A stretch of DNA of 64,000 nt from Lingula anatina (lineage: Eukaryota; Animalia; Brachiopoda). The notes below the pieces were generated by a model, which ran no database searches, was not told the DNA's origin, and worked only from the letters and a program-made list of their open reading frames with translations. This document shows, piece by piece, positions 39,701-51,100 of the stretch. How positions within the stretch are numbered: position 1 is the first letter of the stretch; every line of letters begins with the position of its first letter. The translations under genes were made by a program, and so were the position numbers. Where the stretch lies: assembly GCA_051362555.1 (NCBI GenBank), contig CM120644.1:17630534-17694533 (forward strand), in the 5' to 3' direction.

Positions 39701-42700
39701 TTAACAAACAACATCAAATAGGTACTCCCCAGACACGTAAATCATCAATCTACCGGAAAAGAGCAGTTGAAGTACAAGGAATCCTACGGCTGATAATTAA
39801 TGGCAACCCAAATGTCTGACAATTTTCCAAGATCCATGCAAGCTTTGTTAGCGTTACTTAAAACCAACGACAGTGCCGAACTGACGTTATTGGATTATGC
39901 CTGACTTAATCAACCACCACTTTTGCCGTCACAGATTTCCTTGAAGAGCCAATTATAAACATATATATTCGCGCAGAGTGTACCGACTGACCTCAAGAAG
40001 GGCAAGTGAGGGCCCCGCAGGGAAAATGTCAATGAAAGGGTCGACAAGGGGGTTACCGCTAATTCAACCATATTAACTTTTAAACGTTTGAAATTTATCA
40101 GGCGTCCGATTGAGATAATGAGTGATGATGTAGTGACAGACACTTTGAGTTCAGTAACAGATTGAAAAATCGCATTAACAAATTCTTGCATGAGTGTTCA
40201 GGAAAAAAGGTGTTAAACTGCACAGTTCAGGCACACATTACAACAAGGAAGTTGGATATTTAGCGATGATTTGCCTATCAAATATGTGCCGTGAGCATAT
40301 TGGAAAGCTTGTCAGAGATTTTATTGTAAACAAGGCCTGTTTACAACTGGACTAATTTTGACACGATCTTGAGTGTGAAACCGGAAAAGGACGAATAAAG
40401 TCATCAAGCAGCCGTTTTCAAGCCACGTTTCATTAATTATTTACCATTGTTAACAATGATTTTGCAAATACTATTTTCTTAATCTGGAAAATATTAACGC
40501 TTGGTCTTATAATTCCAAGGCACAATATTGTTCCTTTTGTCATTTTGGTGACGTCATCACTATCGTGCTCGGTTTTGGTGTGTAAACAGCTGTGAACACG
40601 GTCTTGCATGTGTGACGCACCGAAAGGCTGGAGGGAAAACTGCATATTAGAAATTCATTGAGTTCAAACATGTTACCATAACTTAAACAGAAGTAGCCAT
40701 ATGAAATAGAAATGAATTACATAGATCGTGGCTTGGGTTTCTTGATACGATTTTCCAGTGTATAGCACTAATCACGATAATGAATGTGAGTCCCTCGTGC
40801 TGATCTATATACATATCTATGTTTGTCAGAGCAATTTCATGAAACCTATGGGAAATGGCGTAGGCTAAACGAACATTGTAGTATTCATTTAGGGCAATTT
40901 TCTGAAATTAGATGTAAATTTTGCAAAGGAAAGGGTGGCAGGGATTTGAAGAGGTTGGTTTTTTTAATTACTTGGAATCACGTTCTACAGCCGACAGTGG
41001 CGTGTTTTGTTCGGCTTAAAAATCCTCGTTAATGAAGGCACACGGTATAGACTGCTAGACACAAAGGAAAATAGGTACGAAATTGTAGAGGTGGGTTCGG
41101 GATGGGGGGGCGCTTCATTTGCTTTTAGGCAATAACTGCATGAGCACAATTTACCGTTTCCACACAAGGGCAGGAATTTTCATATCTCGTTCTCCAATTC
41201 GATTTATACGAGCAACCACGTGGCTAAATGGAGATTAAAATGTATCCCCGGGCGCCGAAAAACAGGTGCTTATTTACCGTGCATACGCCAATCCAGGTGG
41301 ATAAAGGCCCTCCCAGGAATTTTCACCAGATTTCATTTACGGGCCAAGGACTCTAAGGAACGCAAATACTCGGAGAAAACCGAGCGATTTCAAATACTAG
41401 GAATGCAAATAATCCGCAATAATTCGAGCTTAGTCCACCCTGTGATACTGAATCTGATTCTGTCTGGGCGTTAGAGGTACCACATAGACCGTGTCTAAAG
41501 ATATATTAGCTTGGCCAACTGTAATTAGAGTGCTGGAGAAAATGCAAAAACTTGGGGGGAATGTAACACGCATTCCATCCTCAAAGAAAGTTATCGATCT
41601 ACTAATTAAACAGCAGGTTTTTTGTTTGTTTTTTTTTCAAATTTTGAAAGTGAGATTACTTGCACTGAAAAAGAATTAGCATTCTTTTATTTCTATCACG
41701 ATAGATTTGGGAAAAGATCAAAAATTAATTCTCTGCAAGTAAACGCGGATATTTTTTATGCAAATTTCAAGTACAGATGGACACTAATTCATTTAGAGAC
41801 CGTCCATGTATAAAATTTTTAATGAGTCCATCAGTTCTCTGAAAAATAAGGTAACGACAAATGAATGACGACCGTGACAGTGGAACCTGTCGCCATTTTG
41901 TACCTCTGGGAAACGACAACCGTGTGATAAAACGTCGAGGAAAGGACCCTGTCATTTCTGATACTGCAAATGCTAACGAACAAGTATTAGTACTGTAACA
42001 CAATGAGTCTCTGTCATTTCCCTAACAAACAGGATAACGACAGCCGTAATTTGATATCGAGAAAAAAGTCACCGTCAATATTCCTGACAAACAGGGTAAC
42101 GACAGCCGTAATTTGATATCGAGAGAAAAGTCACCGCCATTTTCCTGACACACAGGGTAACGGGAATCCTAATATAATATCCATAGAAATTATCACTCCC
42201 ATGTTCCTGACACAGGGTAACGCCAGCCTTACATGTAATTTGATATAAAAAGAAAAAGTCACCGCCAGAACTTCGATACTCAGAACTTCGATACTCAGGG
42301 AACAGGAGCCGTTTACTGACACCGACAGGAAGAATTGATGTCTTCAACTTCGTCTTCAGGGTGCATCCACACAATCTATACCTTCGAAAAATTACATATA
42401 GCGATAGTCTGCCGTGACACCAGCACGCCAGGCATCAGGGGGCTCCTTAATCAGATTTCTCGGAGTCGCTGTCGGAGAAATTCCGCGAGATAACATCGTT
42501 AAAGGAATGAACGCGGAAGACGGAGATACTCTCTCGGTAATATTATCCTGAGAGCATGGTGCTGCTGTTATCAACCAGTCCTCAAAGATCGACATTTTCA
42601 TTTTTTTAGGTATATAATTTTAACTGAGACAGGATTTGTCTCACGCAGCTTATCGATTGCTATGATTCCAAGTCAGACTTATCGGTGTTATTAGATTTGA

Positions 42701-45519
42701 AGTCACTTGCGAGAAGCTGAGCATTTTGTTGATGGTCTTTTTCTTTTTCAGAGTCACCTTCAAAGAGGTTCTAAATTGATAGATAAATGAACCATATGCA
42801 TGAGTAATCATTTGACATCACATTGCAGCGAATGCTCATAGCTCAAAAATGTAGATTTGCGGACTCTCACACACTCACATAGCAATTCCAGAGGCACGCA
42901 TACATTTAAAAAACACCATATTGCAAGCTGATACGCAAACCCTATCACACACACACACGAGAGAGAGAGAGAGAGAGGGCTCCAGTGGTTCACTATCCCT
43001 ACATTTGAAGAGGGTGGTACAGATAGTTCACCATATTCGAAGTTTAGAACTCACTCCCACCAGTCGGACTGCAGGTATTCTCTCACCAGCCTAGCCCCCC
43101 CCCTCCCCCAACCGCGGCATTGGCCATATTGCACAATACTGTTCATTCCTGTGCTTGGTTTCCCTTTTTCCCTTTTGTACACTGTCTCTGTCTACTACAC
43201 ACGCACGCAACCACACCATCACGACTTGCCCAGGGAAAAACGCGTAATATAATCTCCCCCGTCTATGAGCAGTGTCGGATTTTGCCCTGTCATTTCTTTC
43301 TCCCTCACTGCAGTCCCCCAAGCACGCAGACAAAAATTATCTATAGAAAACGTGCAAAATTATCTATAGAAAATGTGTCGACATCCGAAACATTAATAAT
43401 ACACTGTCATTTTCAAGTAATTGTTCCGCCCTCCACGCTTTACTAGCGAAGAAGAAACATGTACATACGCATCCACTAGAGAGGAAAAAAAAGCTGCGGA
43501 GTAAAAGTTATCAGACGTGGTGGAAAAAGAAAAGTTGTCTAGTGGATGATCGATTACGTAGCACGGATAAAAATACTGTCTATTCCTGATAGTTTTTCGT
43601 GTGTGTAATCAACTTTTTTCATCTTCGACACAGACATTTATGCCACTTCAAAGACTCAAAGATATCCCTCAACAGTTAGCCGGAGCAATAAACCAAATAT
43701 TTTTTCTGCTTTTTTTTTCTCCATGGCTTTTTAGAGGTGTTATTTCAATCTTGACTACAGCAGGCAAATAATAATTCTCATTATTCTGTGGCTTACATCA
43801 ATGCATGGGTACACAATATCAAATATATTTACGTTTTATATTTATATTCATTTAAAATATCGCCATTTTGTCCTATGTTATTTGTCGATGTACTTCATGA
43901 ATTTCGAATTTCTCCCTCATTTGTCAATGTATTATGACAAAAGGTAAATGGACGTTTTCTGATATTTATCCTGCAATTACAATCCTCTTCTCTTTTCTTG
44001 GTTTCAATTTCATTGGTTTTATTGCAGGAAAAAACTTTTAAATCACTTTTCTCCACAGTCAGACTCTGAATGTTATCAAATCACAGCCATCCGAGGAAGA
44101 GGAGATACTATTATCAGTATAAACCATGTATGTTCATTAAGACCAGTATGAAATGGGGTTTAGTTTTCCTTAGTCTACAGAAAAGAGTTTTAAGACAAAA
44201 AAATCCATGGCGTCATTTCGCATACGATGGGGAAAATATTTCTCGAAGACGTATTTAGGCTTCAAGTCCATTTGTTTCATGAGTATTTTCATTTTTAATT
44301 GTTTTAAATACGATATACTGTCATATTTTATTGGTCATAAGTAACGTCTGTTTTTTCTGCACTTACAAAGCTAACAGTAACATTCATTGAATTCATTCCA
44401 AGGGTTATTAGATGCATTTCAGCAAAAAACGAGCAACACAAAGACGACTTTTTTCCTGCCAGCATGAGGAACGTCTTGCCCATTTCCAACGCAGACAGTA
44501 CCTTATTAAACCCAAAGGATAGGCGTCATTTTCATAGATAGAGGGAAATGTTATTACAATTACAGCCTCTCTTTTCTGACGATATTTGATGGCCTCCTTC
44601 TTTTCTATTTCCACGAGGGACGGTAATATTTCCTGGATGTCTTTCAAACGTACAAAGACACGACAACTACACAGCTGTTTCGCCGACAGCAATATGTCCG
44701 ATCCTTAACCAAACAAACAGTAATAAAACCTGGCATTTTTTTCTGCCCACTGGCCATTTATGTACGGAATGTGGGTTTCGTAGCCGTACCTGCCGAGAAA
44801 ATAAAAGTTTATTCCAATAATAAGACATTGATTTGAGGACGTTAAACATGACGCTCTGTATAAGACACAGATTTCATTTTGTTACATGCGAATAGATGTC
44901 TTCTTTCATATAACACTGGGGGGGGGGGGGGGGGGGGGGGGTCGGGGGAAGTTGGTGGTTGGATCAGTCCTAATTTTCTATTTAACTACAAAAAAGCTTA
45001 TTTATTATTATCCCTTTTTTTAGAAATTTGGCTGAATATATTTCTTTTAGTGCCACCCAAGCAGTAGTCAGTGGATCATATATTTGTCGTAATCTTCCGT
45101 ATAAAAACACTAACGCCGTCCTCCCCTTTCTATCGCGAAGGCCCACTATTACCTAACAGCAAAACATCACACCATCCCAGCGATAATAACAGAGGCGAAA
45201 AATGACCCCGGTAGATAGCGGCTACCAACACGTGCCAGTGTGCACTGCATCATTACAACTCATCTATCATTGCTCTGTTCCACGCTCCTTCCATCTATCA
45301 TATTCCTACATCAGTTTCTGTTTCTCCCGTTTCATCCTCTCTCACCACGTTCCCCCCCCCCTCTCTCTCTCTCTCTGATATAAGGGACCTCTAAAATAGT
45401 ATACAAAATTAAATATAGGCCGATAAAATAATTTTGTAACAGCCTTGGACCAAGCGGCCAGAGAGTACTCTTCCTCCGCATCCTTCTCTCTCTCCGTCCC
45501 TCTCTCCGTCCCTCCCTCC

Positions 45520-45567
<48 letters not shown>

Positions 45568-48094
45568 CTCTCTCTCTCTCTCTCTCTCTCTCAGTCTCTC
45601 TCTCTCTCTCTCTCTCTTTCCGCGGAATCCCATATTTCGTGCTTATTTAATTCCCTTTACTCATTAATCAGTCGCCGCCCAATATTAGCTTTCCTGCCTA
45701 TTCAGCAATATTGCGTGACAATAAGAACTCGCTCCCATATACTCCTCAGACGAAAACATATAACCTTCACAACTCACAAGTAATTTAGGAGAACTGTAAA
45801 AATCTAGAACAGTTTCGATTGCCCGCTTTTCAATCACACCCTGGAGGTCAGAAGAAACGTTTGTTCACTCTCCTGCGTTTTAAAATTGATACCCCTTCTC
45901 TTATCACCAAGACAAATGTAAAAAAATAATAATAAACCGACTACACCTCATCATACAAAAAGTTTACCATTACTCCCAGGGTACTAAGGATTATTTCATT
46001 TCACCTATGCATATGTAGCAATAATTAAGGTACATTTTATTAAGTACGCAGGTGATGATTTAAAGCGGTCATATGCGTTCGACATTTCTCGTCACAATCA
46101 ACATGCGCATGTAGCCACTAATTGGGGATTCCCACCCTCTACCAGGGTGGCAGATATTATAGGCACATTTCAAGAGATAGCAAAATGACCGTCTATTTAT
46201 CTAAAGACATATCTGTGAATAAATATCTTGTGAAAATCAATCTGTGGCCTTGTGGAGGGTAGGGGATTCCTGATCCTCTCACTTAATGTTGTGTTAGGGT
46301 GCGTTCACAATTAATCTAACGTACTAGCAAGTGCGCACTCACTCCACGGGGACTCACGCTGAATGCAATCAGATTAACACACATCCTTTTGTTCCCAACG
46401 CACTCGTATAATCACCAGCTTTTCTACATTCTACTCAACGCCAGGAGGAGGCGTGTCAACCTGATTGCACTCAGCCAGAGTCTAGCTAGTACGATATATT
46501 CAAACTAATTGCGAACGCACCCTTGTGCTTTGTAGCGTACACGATGAAAATGGGAGAAGAGTTGCTTTCAGCTATGACACCAGTTACAAAACACAACTTG
46601 ACGGATTGCTCAAGTGCGAGGCGAGTTGGCGTTACATACGCTGCCCCAGGCTAAAATGTTCACTTTACAACGTGGTGACGTCTCTTTAATTACAACAATA
46701 ATTGGTCACGTGCGTCTTTAGTCCCGTTACCACGCGGTGACGTTCACGTAATGAGTTTTGTGTCGTTTGCCTCGGGTGAAAACCCTCGTTTTTTCCCTAC
46801 CAATTACCTTTGTCAAACCTTGGTGTCTAACTTTCACAGTTTCCACGCGTTTCAAACGTTCTCTCTCTGCTCTTTACAAGAGGCCTGCTGGGTGATGACA
46901 CATAGCTTTAGTAGTTGTGTAAAACCCTCGTTGAGCAGAACAGAATATCAACAGAATACAAACATCTGTGGTTATTTTATGAAAAAACAGCCCTGCCTTT
47001 CAGTGGAACTGGGAAAAGATAGTAGGCCTACTGGTTTTTTATCGTTAAAGTTTTGCGGTAAAAATCGGCATCCATGATTGTCCTTGTGTGCAGATCCAGG
47101 TCAAATATATACTCATCTGTTTACACAGTAATCTATTTCTCCACAGTAGAACATTTGACAATCATTGCGACCGAATACAGGGGCGGATTTAGGCCGTCTT
47201 CTGGGTCTTCTGGAAGACGGTCAGATTTTCAAGTTTACATTGTCAGCCATCTAATGTTTTCTGCCGGAAGACGGTCAAAAATGGAAGATGGATCAACAAA
47301 GATAATTTGGAAGACTGTCAGAAAATTTCTCTGGATCCGCCCCTGCAATATGTAGCCTACAGGAATAATATGAAAATATGAAGGGGAATGATGAAAGAAG
47401 ACAAACCGTATTTTCTTTTATTACTGAAAATACAACTCTGACACCATTATAGCAGCCATACCACCTCACTCCAAAACCTCAAGAAAATTAAAGAAAACAA
47501 AAATCACCAAAATTTGGATTACCTCAGCAGGGGGTGGGGTGGGGATCAATATTATCTATTCTAAATCACGCCCCCCCCCCCCCCTTTTTCCACAAACTAC
47601 AAACTTTCTGTTATATAAGGGCGTCATTATCACTGGTATTGGGTGCACGCCATCTTTCGTTTTACTAACAACGTTACCGTGGAAACTTGACAACAACAGG
47701 GATATTGATACAGCTTTCCTGGGCAATTATAAGTAATTACACTGGCATCGCGTATCAGGTATAGCTAGTTCCTGTACCAACATATTCATAAAATGTCCTA
47801 TAAGCTCGAAGGGCTGGGTGTTCTGTACGTTAATAAATGATGATGTATCACTTAGTGTCCTATCGTATTAAAAATCTCACAGAAAAAAAACATTTTAACA
47901 TGCAAATTTAGCCCCTCTTCAGTTTGGACATGAATATCCTCATCATTGAAATGAAAGCTGGAAATGAAGCAATTATGCTGTAAGTTGCCACTGGCGGTGT
48001 TCAAATGGTCAGTTTTTTTTCCAGTAGGCTCTTAATCAGCATCTAATTATAAGCACACTAACTAATAAGCACAGTTATGCCCAGACATCTCTTG

Positions 48095-48131
<37 letters not shown>

Positions 48132-51100
48132 GGGGTGAGAGAGAGCACGTTACCACACGGCAGAAAGATAGAGGAACCTAGTCCGTTCGTAGCTGCTCCC
48201 GACATTCTCAGCGTCCCTTTCATATTCAAAAGTGGTGAAGCTTACTTCTTCAGTTCCTATGGTGGGTGGGGGTGGGGGTGGGGGTGGGGCATCTGGGTCC
48301 TCGGCCCTTTCCGACCAATAAATACATGCGGAGAAATGCCAGACACAAGGCGAGGTAAGAAACTCGTCCTCCTTAACCTAGTAGCCATGAGTGGAAAGCA
48401 ACAGAGATCACGCAGCTGTGGATAGATTGGAGTTATCGCAAGCAGTTAAACTCTTTATCTTTCTCTTTTTTCATGAACGAACTTTGTTTTCGATGTTTCG
48501 GCGTGGAGTTGATTTTTTATTCATCGGGAGGTGAATACAAGTAATCTCTCACGTTGTTAAAGGGGAGAGACAGATAGACAGATATACAAAAGCTGCTCAC
48601 ATTTTGTAACTAATTGAAGCTAAATAAACAAGAGCAAACAGAAACGATTTTTTGATTAAGCGGTTTCCTGTCTAAGAAAATAAAATTACCGTTACCAGGC
48701 AAAGTAATACAATCCACTATTAGTCGAAGATGTATTGGCCCTATTGGGTATGGAACGTTAAATAAATTTCAGGATCTTTCTGACCTGACGTAAGATTGAC
48801 TTAAAATTAGGATACAATCCAACCGTATGGGAGAGAGAGAGAGAGGGAGGAGAGAGGAGAGAGGGGGGAGGGGAGAAAGAGTGTTTAATAAATCGTTTGA
48901 AGAGAGAGAGAGAGAAAGAGAAAGAGAGAGAGAATGGAGGGACGGGGGAGAGTTAAATTCGTTTTAAGAGAGAGAGAAAGAGATAAAATCATTTGAAGAG
49001 AGAGAGAGAGAGAAAGAGAGAGATCGTTCTAGAAGACTGAGAATCTCTCCCTGCTAAAGGTTAATCAACTGAGAGCAATCAAATATCAGAGCAACCTCTC
49101 CATTTTAAGCACGCCAGTAAGGAGAAGAACCCTCTATTACAGAGCAGAGACAGATAATGCTGCTCTGAGTTTAATTCACAGTCAAATGAGAACTATGTTG
49201 CCAGCAAGTGCCTGCCAGCCAGTGTGATATCAGATTCTCTGAATCTCACAGTAATAAATAACATATTCTGGCGAAAATAGAAAAGTCTGTACTCTGATGT
49301 AAGTGCAGGGCTCACCCCACGATAATGTGGAGATTAGTTTCCAGTTTGTCTAAGAAAACCAGGGTGCTGTGTATAAAATCTCAGGATAGATAGCCCTACA
49401 CAAGTTGATAGATTTGCTAATGAGGGTCTCTTCGACCCCCACCCACTGATTCCAACCTACAATCTATTTTTTATCAGAAAACCTCTCGAGGGGGGGGTCC
49501 ATGGGGTATTGGTCGGGGGGGGGTTCGAACCGCCCTTTTTTGTCGGGAAAATGTCCACTCTGGCTGACATTTGATACATGTATACAAAGGTTTCATAGTA
49601 AACGGTCAATTTTTTTCATAAATAGACCCACTTTGAAATTGCTGGCTACGGACCTCCTTTTGCTTTTCATAGTGTGACTGATATTAGAGAGTAGAATTCA
49701 GTCTACATCGCCCTCTGAATCTCAGGGTGGTCGACTCCAGAGCCCGACGATAAACTAATGCGCCGTTCATGTCATTTGCGAGCTTATATTCTTCCAGGCT
49801 TACTACATGTCAACACCTGTAAAATACAGGCAGGAGTTGCATTCCCCGAAGCCAGAATACCAGTTTTAAGATGAAGCATCTTGACAGTGGAATATAAATT
49901 GATTGGGGTGTCAGTGTCAATTAGGAGACTCCCACGTACGAACGTTAAGTATCTAGTTGATACTAGGAGGACCGCTTACGGGATTAGGACGCTCAAAAAA
50001 TCCAATAAAGGAACTTACCTGGCGACCTCGATGATTTAGTAGTTTTTTTTTTCCAAATGTATTGACGGGGGCACTCGTTAATACAGTAAACGTAATAGGC
50101 GAGCTTAGACTAAATCTATCAAGGCTCGAGCGACAATGGTTTTAATGCTAATGTGTCGCGTTTGTGTTATACTGTTTAGCAGTATTTGAGTTACCCCTAA
50201 TAGAAAAGATGCTAATAATTTTTTGCTCTTTTCGTTGATCGGACAACAAACGTGTATTTGGCACATTGGTCCTCAAACGTGTGCGCATGGTCGAAATGCA
50301 CTTATCAATAACGAAATATTGCATGCAGATAATTACAACTGGATATGCTATCGTCTTAGTTTTAATTCCTAGCTTGCCCTAAACTGTAACTTTTGTTTTG
50401 AAACATCTGTTGCTCGAAAGAGAGTGCAAGAATAAGTTAATAGGTGCTTATAAATTAAATCGAAGAAAGTGTAATAACCATAAAAAGACACGTTTGGAAT
50501 GTTCGTTTGGATTATGACGCATATAAACCGAAGATAATCGGGGAAAGTAATCAGCGGCTCAGTGACACCTATTTTGCAATCCCACACTAAATCCAGATTC
50601 AATGTTGCAAACTATGATTACTTACCTGTCTCCATAGCAACGACGGCAAGCTGTTGGCGAGGAACGCTGCGACCACCATGTGGCACCCTGACAACAATAT
50701 TCCATATACGACCAAAATCCACATTCTCAGAGGCATCATTGCATAACCCATTAATATGACAAACACACTCTCCCACACCCCGTCGGCCGGGCTGTACACG
50801 GGGCGGTCCCCGGGGAGAAAATGCACCGGGAGGGAGATCACAGCGAACGCCCCCAGAAGCACCAACACCGCATACGCCATTAAATTCAGGTGGCGTTCCT
50901 GGAAATATTTGGTACTAATAAAGATGTAGAAGACCAAAAATATCCCACAGTTTGCGCAGTAGTATACGTTAGCCACAGTGGGCTGAAGGATGTAGATGAA
51001 GTGAACGATCGCCAAAACTGCCGTGAGAAGGATGAATAAAACCAGTAAAGAAGCGATGGAACTTTGCTCCAAACGAAATACATAATTGTGGTACAATTCC

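Noticed and set aside
42392-42601. GC-rich 69-aa ATG ORF as an alternative first exon of the cyclase
   Set aside because: The nearest donor (AT|GTAATT) is phase 2, but exon 2 needs phase 0; no similarity to cyclases recognised.
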